Of a stretch of DNA of 64,000 bases, positions 52,546-62,593 are shown piece after piece (the first letter of the stretch is position 1; each line of letters opens with the position of its first letter). The position numbers were made by a program, and so were the translations under genes. The stretch covers positions 435,290-499,289 of the forward strand of contig JAPWJZ010000008.1 of the NCBI GenBank assembly GCA_028283745.1, written 5' to 3'. Source of the DNA: Micavibrio sp. GTDB taxonomy: Bacteria; Pseudomonadota; Alphaproteobacteria; Micavibrionales; UBA2020. The notes under the pieces are model-generated. The model searched no databases. It was not told the origin of the DNA and worked only from the letters and a program-made list of their open reading frames with translations.

Positions 52546-53168
52546 GCGGGTACTCCTTGCAGGGCGCAGAACAGCGCTTTTAATTTTTCGGGATCCTTGA
52601 TTCCGGGACTGGCTTCAACGCCGCTGGAAAGGTCAAGGGCATAAGGCTGCACTGCCTTCGCGGCGTCGGAAATATTTTGCGGGTTAAGGCCGCCCGCAAG
52701 AATAACGGGAATGCCGTAGTCCTTCGCCTGCACGGCAAGGCCCCAGTCGCCTGTATGCCCCGTGCCGCCATATTGGCCGGGCGCTGCGGCATCGATCAGG
52801 ATCATGTCGGCGAGGCCCTGATAATCTTTTATAGCGTCAAGATCCGCCGGTTTTTCAGGACGCAGCGCGCGAATGACAAGGCCGGGGAAGATTTTACGGA
52901 TTTTTTCGACCATCTGCGGCGTTTCATCGCCATGCAGCTGTACGCCGGAAAGGCCGGTTTTTGCGGCAATGGCGGCAACATCGTCCGATTGATTGACAAA
53001 AACGCCCACCGTCATCGCCGTCATTTTCGGCACAATAACGGCTGCGGCGTCCGGCGTAATGAAGCGTTTGGAGCCGTGATAGAATATAAAGCCGAGCATG
53101 GCCGCGCCAAGGTCTTGCGCCAGCTGCGCATCTTCCGCCCGCGTCAGGCCGCAAATTTTTACGCGCAT
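52542..53168 (-). CDS. trpF: phosphoribosylanthranilate isomerase
   Basis: [15 protein letters not shown]. Confidence 0.9.
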   Translation of the reverse strand: MRVKICGLTRAEDAQLAQDLGAAMLGFIFYHGSKRFITPDAAAVIVPKMTAMTVGVFVNQSDDVAAIAAKTGLSGVQLHGDETPQMVEKIRKIFPGLVIRALRPEKPADLDAIKDYQGLADMILIDAAAPGQYGGTGHTGDWGLAVQAKDYGIPVILAGGLNPQNISDAAKAVQPYALDLSSGVEASPGIKDPEKLKALFCALQGVPA

Positions 53169-53953
53169 GGCAGTTCCTCCCGCAGCGCGCGCAGGGCGGC
53201 GCCGGGGTGATCCTTGCGCATAAAATGCGTGCCCATCAGGAAGGCGTTATAGCCAATGCCGCGCATATCCTGCAGGTCGGTAGCGGTGGAAAGGCCGCTT
53301 TCGCAGACAAAAGCAGCGTTTTTTGGTTTCATGGCGGAAAGGCGGCGGCTGATATCAAGGTCGGTTTTAAGTGTTTTAAGGTTGCGGTTATTCACGCCAA
53401 TAACATCTGCGCCAAATTCAATCGCCATGGCCAGTTCATCTTCGTCATGCACTTCAATGAGAGGGGTAAGCGCGAGGGCCTTTGCAGCATCGAACAGCTC
53501 GCGGCTTACTTCCGGGGAGGTCATGGCGAGGATGATGAGGATGGCATCCGCCCCCGCCGCGCGGGCTTCGAGCAGCTGGTAGGTATCCACCATGAAGTCC
53601 TTGCGCAGCAGCAGCGCATCCGGCGCGGCATTGCGAATGTCCTTCAGGTATTCAAGCGTGCCTTTGAAATATAAGGGCTCCGTCAAGACCGACAGCATGG
53701 CGGCGCCGTTGGCAAGGTAGCTTTTGGCAATGCCGACGGGGTCGTGCTGTTCGCGTATGGTGCCTTCGGACGGGCTGGCGAATTTAACCTCGGCGATGAT
53801 GTTGTAATCATCCCGCAGCAGCGCGGTTTTTACGGCGCCGGGCGGGCGCATGAACAGCGGCGCATCTTCAAGCGCTTCTTTCGGCATGGAAAGTTTTGCG
53901 GCGGCGACGCGTTCGGCAGTCAAACCGGCGATTTTTTGCAGGAACCCGGTCAT
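53159..53953 (-). CDS. trpC: indole-3-glycerol-phosphate synthase
   Basis: IIAEVKFASPSEG. Confidence 0.9.
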   Translation of the reverse strand: MTGFLQKIAGLTAERVAAAKLSMPKEALEDAPLFMRPPGAVKTALLRDDYNIIAEVKFASPSEGTIREQHDPVGIAKSYLANGAAMLSVLTEPLYFKGTLEYLKDIRNAAPDALLLRKDFMVDTYQLLEARAAGADAILIILAMTSPEVSRELFDAAKALALTPLIEVHDEDELAMAIEFGADVIGVNNRNLKTLKTDLDISRRLSAMKPKNAAFVCESGLSTATDLQDMRGIGYNAFLMGTHFMRKDHPGAALRALREELPCA

Positions 53954-54942
53954 GCGGTGTGTTCTTTCATGGCTTTAAGCTTGCGCAAGGCCGCGCCGCT
54001 TTTAACGGTGTCACGGGCGAGGGACATTCCGGTTTTAAAGTCAGGCGCAGTGCCGTTGGTGACAAAACCGGCGGCGGCATTGACGCAAATAACATCCAGC
54101 AGCGGCCCGGGGGTGCCGGAGAAAACGGCGTGGATGATGGCGGCGTTTTGCTCCGACGATCCGCCCGCGAGTTTTTCGAGCGGGGCGGGCACTGCGCCAA
54201 AATCTTCCGGCGTGACCTTGGCGTTGTCAATGCTGCCATTGTGCAGGCGGTAAATATCCGTCGGCGCGCTGAGGCTGATTTCATCAAGCCCGTCTTCGCT
54301 GTGCACGGCCATCAAGTCTGTGCGTCCCAGCAGCTTTGCGGCCTCGGCAACGGCGGGCAGGAAGCGCAGGTCAAAAACGCCCATCAATTGTTTTTTGGTG
54401 CGTGCAGGGTTGCAAAGGGGGCCAAGCAGGTTAAGGAAGGTCGGCCGAGCCAGCGCGCGGCGAATGGGGGCAAGCACTGCCAACGCGGGGTGGAAGGCGG
54501 GCGCGGAAACAAAGCACAGGTTGTGCGCGGCGTGCTGCGCTTCAGCCTCTGGCGCTGTGGTGCAGACCGGCACATGCAATGCCGCCAGTACATCGCTGCT
54601 GCCGCTAAAGCTGGAAACGGCGCGGTTGCCGTGCTTCACGACCGATACGCCGGCTGCCGCCATGACAAAGGCGACGGCGGTTGAAATGTTAAAAGTTTTC
54701 AGGCTGTTTTTGCTTTTGTCGCCGCCCGTGCCGCACACGTCAATGCCGTCAATATTCAGGGGCAGCGCGCGGGACAGCAGGTAATGGGCGGTCGCCGCCA
54801 GCATGGGGCCGTTGATGTCCGCATCATTCACAACCGACAGCAGCGCGGTTTTTTCATTTGCGGAAAGGTCATCGCCGCAAAGGTCGGCCATAAAGGCCGT
54901 CCATTTTTCAAGCGCGATGGGCTGTGCTGTGCTGCCGGTCAT
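53950..54942 (-). CDS. trpD: anthranilate phosphoribosyltransferase
   Basis: DVCGTGGD..VVKHGNRAVSS. Confidence 0.9.
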   Translation of the reverse strand: MTGSTAQPIALEKWTAFMADLCGDDLSANEKTALLSVVNDADINGPMLAATAHYLLSRALPLNIDGIDVCGTGGDKSKNSLKTFNISTAVAFVMAAAGVSVVKHGNRAVSSFSGSSDVLAALHVPVCTTAPEAEAQHAAHNLCFVSAPAFHPALAVLAPIRRALARPTFLNLLGPLCNPARTKKQLMGVFDLRFLPAVAEAAKLLGRTDLMAVHSEDGLDEISLSAPTDIYRLHNGSIDNAKVTPEDFGAVPAPLEKLAGGSSEQNAAIIHAVFSGTPGPLLDVICVNAAAGFVTNGTAPDFKTGMSLARDTVKSGAALRKLKAMKEHTA

Positions 54943-57069
54943 GCTTTTGCCGCCAGATGTTTCATGACGTTTTCAATCATGCGGTGGCCCGCGTAATCCG
55001 CCATCGACAGCACAGATTCCGGGTGGAACTGCACCGACCAGATGGGCAGGGTTTTATGCGCCAGCGCCATGATGACGCCGTTTTCGTTGGTGGCGAGAAT
55101 TTCCAGTGCGTCGGGCAGCGTTTCCGCCTTGCCGAAAATGGAATGATATGCGCCGACGGTGCAGGGGTTTGGCACCTGTTCAAACAATTTGTGGCTGTTG
55201 TGGGTGACAGACCAAGTTTTACCGTGACGCGGGGTTTGCAGGTAACCAAGCGTGCCGCCGAAGGCTTCAAACATGCCCTGCAGCCCAAGGCAGACGCCGA
55301 ACTGCGGCACGCCGGTTGCAGCGCAGGCATGGTAAGCATCCGGCACGCCGAATTGTTCCGGCAGGCCGGGGCCGGGTGAATGCACAATAAGATGCGGCTT
55401 GTGCGCCATGATGTCTGAAAGCGGCGTGCCGTGGCGGTAGGTAATGGCGGTCGCGCCCGTCTGGCGAATATAATCTGCCAGCGTATGCACAAAAGAGTCC
55501 TCGTTATCTATCAGCACCACGGTTTTGCCGGCGCCGGTCTTTTCCGATACGCGTTCCGCCCGCGGCGCAACGTCGCCTGCCAGAATGCGCTTGAAGGAGG
55601 TGGCCTTGGTATGCGTTTCCGCCGCTTCGTCGGCGGGGATGGAATCGTACACAATGCTTGCGCCGGCCTGATAGGTGGCTGTGCCGTTCTTCAGGTGCAG
55701 GGTGCGGATGGTGATGCCGGTGTTTACATCGCCGTTGAAGTGCAATGCGCCCACGGCGGCGCCGTAAAATTCACGCGTTTCGGGCTCAAAACTTTCGACC
55801 AGCTTGGTGGCTTCGGGCTTTGGCGCCCCCGTCAGCGTGACGGCCCACATGTGGGACAAAAACGCGTCAATGCCGTCAAAGCCATCGCGCAGCATGCCTT
55901 CGACATGGTCAACGGTGTGGAACAGGCCGACGTAGCTTTCAATTTGCCGCCGCGCGAGAAGGCGGATGGAGCCGGGCTCGCAAATGCGGGCCTTGTCGTT
56001 GCGGTCGACGTCTGTGCACATCGTCAGCTCGGCTTCGTCTTTTTTGGAATTGAGCAGGTCGCGCAGTATATTCGCGTCTTCAATCACGGCGGCTTGCCCG
56101 GGTGACTTGCTGCGGCGGGCGGTGCCGGAAATGGGGCAGGATTCCACGCGGCGGCCTTCCACGCGCACAAACATTTCGGGCGATGCGCCAACCAGTTGTT
56201 CCGTGCCCATCTGCATCAGGAATTCGTAGGGCGAGGGGTTGATGCGGCGGATATTGCGGAACAGCGTGGAGGGCGGCGTTACGCAGGGCGCGGTGAATTT
56301 GCGGCTGAGGACGACTTCAAAAACATCGCCCTTGCGAATGTGTTTGCCCGCGCGTGCGACCATGGCGGCATATTCATCGTCGCTCATGTTGCTGGAAATG
56401 GCGGGGGCCGCGTTTGCGGCAGGCATCGCAGAAGGTGCGGCAGCTTGCGGGCGGGCAATGCCGGCGGTATCTGCGCCTGCGCCGCTGAATTCGTAATCGC
56501 GGCGGAAGACGCTTTCCTTACGGCGGTCGAGCAGGTAAAGGCTGTCCGGCAAGTACAGGTGGAACAGGCTGTGGTTTGCGCCGCGGTCGTGCTTTAGCGG
56601 AATGGGGTTGAAGCAGAACAGCAGGTCGTATTTAAACGCACCGTAAAAGCCGATAAAACTATCGCTGAAAACGGCCTGCTGCATCAGGTGCCGCAGCGGC
56701 GAAAGGGGGGATGGCTGGCGGGTAGCGTTCTTCTTCCGAAAAGCGGCGCTGCGGTTTTTGAATGGTGCAGGTGATGCTGTTGCCCCTATGCGCCGCGGTA
56801 AAGGAGTCATCCGGCCTGGCGGTAAAAATAGCGGCGAGCATGGCGATGATTTTTTCGCCGCGCGGGTTCAGCGCGGTAAAAACCGTGCGGTCGTTATAGC
56901 CGATGACTTCCAGCGGCGGCGCATCGAAGCCAATGTCCCAGCGGGAATAGCGGCCCGGGTAATCGGTATCGGAAGCCATGTACATGCCCTTGGCGGCATC
57001 AAGGCGGGAGACGAGGAAATCAATCCCCTCGGCATAGGGCAGGGTGGTGTCGGAATGCGTAATCTTCAT
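54939..57069 (-). pseudogene. trpE(G): fused anthranilate synthase TrpE(G), split into two reading frames by an apparent 1-nt frameshift at a C6 run (56705..56710)
   Basis: ORF 57069..56659 encodes a rhizobial-type TrpE(G) N-terminus (MKITHSDTT..YPGRYSRWD). ORF 56810..54939 continues with FIGFYGAFKYDL.., a chorismate-binding domain and a GATase domain. The two overlap in different frames around the CCCCCC run. Confidence 0.8.
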
Positions 57070-57143
57070 AAGGCCGGCCTGTCAAAGGGTGCGGACGAAA
57101 CGGGAAATAGCGGCTGGAAACGGGGAACGACAAATGGGGCGGC

Positions 57144-57194
57144 TTACCGCCACCAAGACTTTGCGAAAGATGTGCTAAAGCTTGTCATTTGCAT
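57144..57194 (-). promoter_or_regulatory. trpL: trp leader peptide trpL (MQMTSFSTSFAKSWWR) with tandem Trp codons: candidate transcription attenuator
   Basis: 16-codon ORF ending WWR-stop, 75 nt upstream of the trpE(G) ATG. It is followed by a GGCGG-UAAG-CCGCC hairpin and a U-containing stretch. Confidence 0.55.
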
Positions 57195-57326
57195 ATACCC
57201 ATAAGACCATATTTCATCGCCCGGAGTCAAAGCCGTAATTTTGAAATAACGCGCTTTAACATCCGCCACAGCTTAGCAAGCCGTTGATGAAAAAGCATTT
57301 AAAACCGCAGTCACGGGCGCGTTTTT

Positions 57327-59168
57327 CTAGGCCGTTTGTTCGGTCCCCTGCTCGAGGCTGTCGGGCAAAAAGCCGCCCGCCTGCAGTTTCCAGAGCCGCG
57401 CGAAGGTGCCGCCGGCGGCCATGAGCGTCTTGAAGCTGCCGTCTTCCACCACGCAGCCGTGTTCCATGACAATAATACGGTCCATGTGGCTTAGCGTGGA
57501 CAGGCGGTGGGCGATGACAAGCGTGGTGCGGCCGCGCATGGCATGGGCCATGGCTGTCTGGATGGAACGCTCCGTTTCGCTATCAAGCGCAGATGTCGCT
57601 TCATCCAGCACCAGCACGGGCGCGTTTTTAATGTTGGCGCGGGCAATCGCAATGCGCTGGCGCTGGCCACCGGAAAGTTTTACGCCGCGCTCGCCCACAA
57701 TGGTATCAAGGCCCTTGGGCATGCGCTGAATAAACCCGTCAGCCTCCGCCGCTGTTGCGGCATAGGTGACTTCATCGGGCGTAGCATTGGCGCGGCCATA
57801 GCGGATGTTTTCGCCCAGCGTGCGGTGGAACAGCACGGGTTCCTGCGGAATGACGGAGATGGAGGCGTGCAGGCTGTCTTGCGTTACAGCCGCAATGTTC
57901 TGCCCGTCAATAAAAATGCCGCCGCCTGTTACGTCGTGCGCGCGCAGCAGCAATTGGCACAACGTGGTTTTGCCGGCGCCAGAAACGCCGACAAGGCCCA
58001 CTTTTTGTCCCGCCGGAATGGTGATGCTGAGCTTGCTGAACAGCAAGGCGCCATCTGCGCCGGCATAGCTGAAGTCAACATCGCGGAAATCAATGGCGCC
58101 TGCCGTCACCTGTAAATCAGGCGCATTTTCGGCATCAAGAATGCTGAGCGGCGTGGATATTTTTTGTAAAGCTTCGTGCAGAATGCCAATGTCGTCAAAC
58201 TTGGTGCTGAGCAGGTTGACGACGCCCGCAAGCGCACCAAACAGGTTCATGGCAAGGCCGACAGTCATGGCCAGCTGGCCTGTGTTCACCATGCCGCTTT
58301 GCCAGCCATAAACGACCAGCGCCATAAAACCGCAGAAAAAGAACGTCATGGCTGAATCGAAAATGCCCCAGAACCAGCTGACATAGCGCATGCGGTCAAC
58401 GAACGACCGGGTCATTTCATTTTGCGCGTAATCCAGCCGCTCCTGTTCTTCACGCCAGCCGACGTTCTGCTGCACGATGGAAAGGTTGGTCGTGCTGTCC
58501 ACAATATAGCCGGTGAGAAGGGATGATTTTTCGGCCTGCTGGGCGGACAGGCGCGTCCACCGCGGTGCGGTCATCACGGCGCAAAACACGCCGACGGCGA
58601 TAAAGCCCGGAATGAACAGCGCGAATTTCGGCGTGATTTGCCACAGCAGCACGCCGCCGGTGGCAAAGCGAACGAACAGCGGCAGAATGCTGTATTGCAC
58701 TTTATCCCGCAGGCTGCTGACAATATCGCCGCCGCGGCGCACATGGTTTGCCAGCACGCCCGCGAAGTTGGCATGCAGGAAAGACTGGCTTTGCTGGATA
58801 AGCCGCGCGAACAGCAGGGAACGCGTGGTGTTTAAAAGCTCCGGCACATAGCGGCGTTCAAGATATTCGCGCGTGCGGTAGCCAGCGTTGCGCACCGTCC
58901 ACAGGGCAGAAAGCAGCAGCAGTTCATGAATGACCGGCGGCCAGACCGTTTCCGGCGTCGAGCTGGTGATAACGCCAACAATACGGCCCAGCACCCAGGT
59001 AATCAGCGTATCCGCAATGGTCGAGGTGATTTCGAGCGCCATGGCCGCCGCCGCTTCCCAGCGCATGCGCATGGAGCAGTGTTGCACGACATAGCGGATA
59101 AAGGCGAGCGGCGTCGACGGCGTGCGCGGAATGCGCTTCGCGATAACGGGGGCGGAGGAGGGCTGCAT
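57327..59168 (-). CDS. ABC exporter, fused permease + ATPase (MsbA/NdvA-like)
   Basis: Six-TM N-terminal domain. Walker A GVSGAGKTT, signature LSGGQRQR and Walker B VLVLDEATSALD. Confidence 0.85.
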   Translation of the reverse strand: MQPSSAPVIAKRIPRTPSTPLAFIRYVVQHCSMRMRWEAAAAMALEITSTIADTLITWVLGRIVGVITSSTPETVWPPVIHELLLLSALWTVRNAGYRTREYLERRYVPELLNTTRSLLFARLIQQSQSFLHANFAGVLANHVRRGGDIVSSLRDKVQYSILPLFVRFATGGVLLWQITPKFALFIPGFIAVGVFCAVMTAPRWTRLSAQQAEKSSLLTGYIVDSTTNLSIVQQNVGWREEQERLDYAQNEMTRSFVDRMRYVSWFWGIFDSAMTFFFCGFMALVVYGWQSGMVNTGQLAMTVGLAMNLFGALAGVVNLLSTKFDDIGILHEALQKISTPLSILDAENAPDLQVTAGAIDFRDVDFSYAGADGALLFSKLSITIPAGQKVGLVGVSGAGKTTLCQLLLRAHDVTGGGIFIDGQNIAAVTQDSLHASISVIPQEPVLFHRTLGENIRYGRANATPDEVTYAATAAEADGFIQRMPKGLDTIVGERGVKLSGGQRQRIAIARANIKNAPVLVLDEATSALDSETERSIQTAMAHAMRGRTTLVIAHRLSTLSHMDRIIVMEHGCVVEDGSFKTLMAAGGTFARLWKLQAGGFLPDSLEQGTEQTA

Positions 59169-59221
59169 AAACGGGTGCTCGGCTCTCGAAAAGGGTCATG
59201 GGGGAGGCGGGCATAAAAACT

Positions 59222-59248
59222 GCCTTATGAGAATGATTCTCATAAGGC
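59222..59248. promoter_or_regulatory. perfect 13-bp-arm palindrome GCCTTATGAGAAT-G-ATTCTCATAAGGC, ~55 nt upstream of the ABC exporter start: candidate operator or bidirectional terminator
   Basis: Exact inverted repeat. Core reads TGA-N9-TCA. T5 runs lie on both sides. Confidence 0.35.
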
Positions 59249-59660
59249 ATTATTCCGGTTTTTGGGCGTACTGCATAATGAATTATAGATGAGGTTGCAG
59301 AATGACCGGCCTGCTTCCGGTTTTTAAGCGAAGGCTTTTGAGGTTTGGGTCGCGTTAGCCTTTTTTCCGCCGTCATTGCCCCCGAAGTCTTGATTTTCTT
59401 CGGCCCACCACAGCAGCAGGGCTTTTTTTTGGTTGCTAAGCTATTGATAACGCTTTTTAAGTTTGTCGTCTGCTTCAATCGCGAGCCAGACGGATTTTTC
59501 ATCTTCCCAGTTCAGCTGGCTATCGACGAGCGCCTGAATGTCATAATCTGTAACCGGTTTTTGTTGCATCTCTACCTCAGAATAGCCGCCCAGATATGTT
59601 GAACGCGCTTACACAGTCTAACGGGCTATGAAAAATTTTAGTTCCCGCCCGTTTTAAGCT

Positions 59661-59684
59661 GAACTTATTTCCCCCTGCGTCGTT
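59661..59684 (+). promoter_or_regulatory. EcfG (general stress sigma)-type promoter-like motif tGAAC-N16-CGTT upstream of the DUF1328 gene
   Basis: ctGAACttatttccccctgcgtCGTTgg, ~110 nt upstream of the ATG at 59796. Confidence 0.35.
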
Positions 59685-59795
59685 GGATTGAGCGAGAGGG
59701 AAGGCCAAGGCAAGGGCGTGACAGCGCCGGGGGTTCAAAACCCAAAATCCAGCCATCCCATTGAATTTTTTGGCAAAACTTTAAGGAGAAGCAAC

Positions 59796-59972
59796 ATGTT
59801 ACGTTGGGCATTTTCATTCCTCATCTTGGCGCTGATCGCTGGTTTCCTGGGCTTTGGCGGCGTTGCTGTCATCTCCATCGAAATCGCGCGCATTCTGTTC
59901 ATCGCCTTCCTGGTTCTGTTCATCATCGCTTTTGCGATGCATGCACTGCAGGGCAAGGCGCCGCCAGTCTAA
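59796..59972 (+). CDS. DUF1328 (UPF0391) small membrane protein
   Basis: MLRWAFSFLILALIAGFLGFGGVAVISIEIARILF; 58 aa. RBS AGGAGAAG. The track ORF 59688 is an upstream extension. Confidence 0.7.
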   Translation: MLRWAFSFLILALIAGFLGFGGVAVISIEIARILFIAFLVLFIIAFAMHALQGKAPPV

Positions 59973-60015
59973 ACTGACTGTCTAAACAGTTATGTAACTC
60001 ATTTGTGAGACGATG

Positions 60016-60055
60016 AAAAAGGGATGCCTTTACAAGTAAAGGTGTCCCTTTTTCC
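60016..60055. terminator. rho-independent terminator (AAAAAGGGATGCCTTTAC-AAG-GTAAAGGTGTCCCTTTTT)
   Basis: Long imperfect hairpin flanked by A5 and T5, 44 nt after the DUF1328 stop. Confidence 0.6.
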
Positions 60056-60126
60056 CGTATTCACCGCGCTGCCTGAAGCTGGAAAAAACTGGCTTTTTAT
60101 TAACGATAAGCTGATAAAGTCAGGCC

Positions 60127-62433
60127 ATGAAACTGCTTACGACCATACGCGCCAAAGTGCCGCCTTTCGTTCACCGGTATATGCAGTACCTGGTGGCGGG
60201 CGGCCTTTTGATTGTCTGCTGCGCGGTTATGTTCTTTAACATTTACGGCAACGCCGTCAGCATCAACCGCTTCAACTTTGATATCGAGCATAGTTATACG
60301 GTGATGAGCAAGAACCAGCAGCTTGCCCTGCATATCGAGCGCATGGTGGCCAGCCTGCGCGGTTACGTCATGACCGGCAACAGCCCCTTGAGCGAAGATT
60401 ACAAACAGGCGCAGGCCGAAAGCTCCGACCTGCTGGCAGATTTAAGCGAGCTGATGCAGACGGATGCATCGCAGTCCATCCGCATCAAGGAATTGCAGCA
60501 CTACTTCCTTATTTTGTCCGAACGGCTGGATAACGAAGCGACGGCGCGCGAAACAGGCTCCCGCCCCGCCCGCATGATGCGCCGCAAGCCGGACGAAAAA
60601 ACCGTCGCCAGCGCAACCGCCGGCAGTGTCGCCTCCATCGACAGCGCGCGGGATAATATTTCGCGCATCAGCAACGACATTTTATTAAACGAAAAAGAAA
60701 CACTGGATGCCCGCCAGAAAGCGCTGGCGGAGGGCCGTACCAGCGCGCGCCTGCGCACGTTTGCCTGCAGCTTCCTGACAGCGGTTATCTTCATGCTCCT
60801 GAACGTGTTTTACACGCGCCAGCGTATGAAGCGCGACCGTAGCGAAGCGGGCCTTGGCGAAGCGGAATCCGTCTTCCGGCTTGCCATTGAAGGCGCGAAT
60901 GACGGCTTTTTCGAGTGGAATTTCACCAACGACACGGCATTTTACTCGCGCCAGTTCTGCGCCATGCTCGGGTACGACATGGGGCAGTTGCCGCCGACGC
61001 AAGCCGCCATGCGCGATATTCTGCACCCCGAAGACCGCACGCGCGTTTTAAGCCACATCGACCGCTACCTTGGCGGCGAGATTTCGGAATATCTGAGCGT
61101 TTACCGCCTGCGCCACCGCAGCGGCCGCTGGGTCTGGGTAACGGCGCGTGGCCGCGCGCTCTATGACCGCGAAGGCAAGCCCATCAGGCTCGTCGGCGCG
61201 CATACCGACATCACGCACATCAAAGCCTATGAAGAAAAGCTGGAAAAGGCCAAGGAGTTTGCTGAAAAAGCCAACCGCGCCAAAACCGAATTTTTGGCGC
61301 ACATGAGCCACGAAATCAGAACGCCGCTGACCGCCATCAGCGGCATTGCCGAAATTTTTGATGCGACCAAGGATGCGTTGACGGACAAGCAGCGCCAGCT
61401 GGTCAAGGCACTGGGGTCCAGCACCGCGTCGCTGAAAGACCTTGTCAACGACATCCTCGACTTCTCCAAAATCGAAAGCGGCGAGCTGGAACTTGAAGAC
61501 AAACCCTTCCGCCTGCAGGACCTGTTCGACCAGGTGGTGGCGATTTTCGAGCTGAAGGCGCAGGAAAAAGGCATCCGCTTCTCGTTTGATTACGGCGGGC
61601 TTGACCGTCAGGTCTTCCATGGGGACCGCACGCGCCTGCGCCAAATCCTTATCAACCTTGTCGGCAACGCCATTAAATTCACCGCCAAGGGTGGCGTTGC
61701 GGTCATTGCCGGCAAAACGGCGGACGCAAACGGCGATGAAACCCTGCGTATCGAAGTGCAGGACACCGGCATCGGCATTGACCCCGCGCAATACGCCATG
61801 ATTTTCGAGCGTTTCAAGCAGGCCGATAGTTCAGTTTCCCGCAAATACGGCGGCACGGGGCTGGGGCTGCCCATTTCGCTGCGCCTTGCGCGGTTGATGG
61901 GCGGGGACATCAACGTTGAATCCGCCGTCGGCCATGGCTCAACCTTTACGCTTGGCGTGCCTATCCGCGCCCGCGTCGCGGAAACACCCGGCGCGCCGCT
62001 GCCGGAAGAACGCGCGCCCGTGCCGACCCCGCAGGAAATTCACGCCAAGCGCGTGCTGCTGGTGGAAGACTATGAAGGCAACATCGTCATCCTCAGTTAT
62101 CTGCTGGATAGCATCCAGTGCGGCTACGACGTTGCGCGCACGGGCCTTGAAGCGCTCAACAAATGGAAAGAAACTCCCTACGACCTTCTGCTGATGGATG
62201 TGCAGATGCCGGAAATGGACGGCTTTACCGCCACCGCGCAAATCCGCCGCATGGAAGCGGAAAAGAAACTGCCCCGCACCCCCATCATCGGCATGACCGC
62301 GCACGCACTGGTGGGCGACAAGGAAAAGTGCATTGAATCCGGCATGGATTCCTACCTTGCCAAGCCCATCATCGAAGCCGATCTTAAATCGAAAATCTTC
62401 GAATTCCTCAACATGAAGAAGAAAGTGGCGTAA
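60127..62433 (+). CDS. hybrid sensor histidine kinase (CHASE3-TM-PAS-HisKA-HATPase-REC)
   Basis: LRGYVMTG CHASE3 motif, PAS region, H-box HMSHEIRTPL, HATPase DTGIGI..GGTGLGL, and a C-terminal receiver VLLVEDYEGN..LLMDVQMPEMDG. Confidence 0.85.
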   Translation: MKLLTTIRAKVPPFVHRYMQYLVAGGLLIVCCAVMFFNIYGNAVSINRFNFDIEHSYTVMSKNQQLALHIERMVASLRGYVMTGNSPLSEDYKQAQAESSDLLADLSELMQTDASQSIRIKELQHYFLILSERLDNEATARETGSRPARMMRRKPDEKTVASATAGSVASIDSARDNISRISNDILLNEKETLDARQKALAEGRTSARLRTFACSFLTAVIFMLLNVFYTRQRMKRDRSEAGLGEAESVFRLAIEGANDGFFEWNFTNDTAFYSRQFCAMLGYDMGQLPPTQAAMRDILHPEDRTRVLSHIDRYLGGEISEYLSVYRLRHRSGRWVWVTARGRALYDREGKPIRLVGAHTDITHIKAYEEKLEKAKEFAEKANRAKTEFLAHMSHEIRTPLTAISGIAEIFDATKDALTDKQRQLVKALGSSTASLKDLVNDILDFSKIESGELELEDKPFRLQDLFDQVVAIFELKAQEKGIRFSFDYGGLDRQVFHGDRTRLRQILINLVGNAIKFTAKGGVAVIAGKTADANGDETLRIEVQDTGIGIDPAQYAMIFERFKQADSSVSRKYGGTGLGLPISLRLARLMGGDINVESAVGHGSTFTLGVPIRARVAETPGAPLPEERAPVPTPQEIHAKRVLLVEDYEGNIVILSYLLDSIQCGYDVARTGLEALNKWKETPYDLLLMDVQMPEMDGFTATAQIRRMEAEKKLPRTPIIGMTAHALVGDKEKCIESGMDSYLAKPIIEADLKSKIFEFLNMKKKVA

Positions 62434-62593
62434 CGCGCCAAATCTTCCACCGCTAAAAAATACAAGACCCCCGGGCGGAGAAAGCCCGGGGGTCTTGCGG
62501 TATTTGGGGATCGGACTGGCCCTTAGGGTGTCAGGGGCGATAAAGGCCGATGCGATCCCCAAGGCGGGACGACTGATGGATCAGGCCGAAGCG

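Noticed and set aside
57327-59168. ABC exporter as the dedicated type I secretion ABC for the RTX protein
   Set aside because: No C39 peptidase or CLD domain. No adjacent membrane-fusion (HlyD-like) or TolC gene. It is separated from the RTX gene by the whole trp operon. More likely a lipid or glucan MsbA/NdvA-type exporter.
58924-59502. 192-aa minus-strand ORF overlapping the 5' end of the ABC exporter and the intergenic region
   Set aside because: Overlaps the start of a confident gene. Translation is low-complexity and basic. A much shorter 42-aa ORF in the same region is reported instead, as low confidence.
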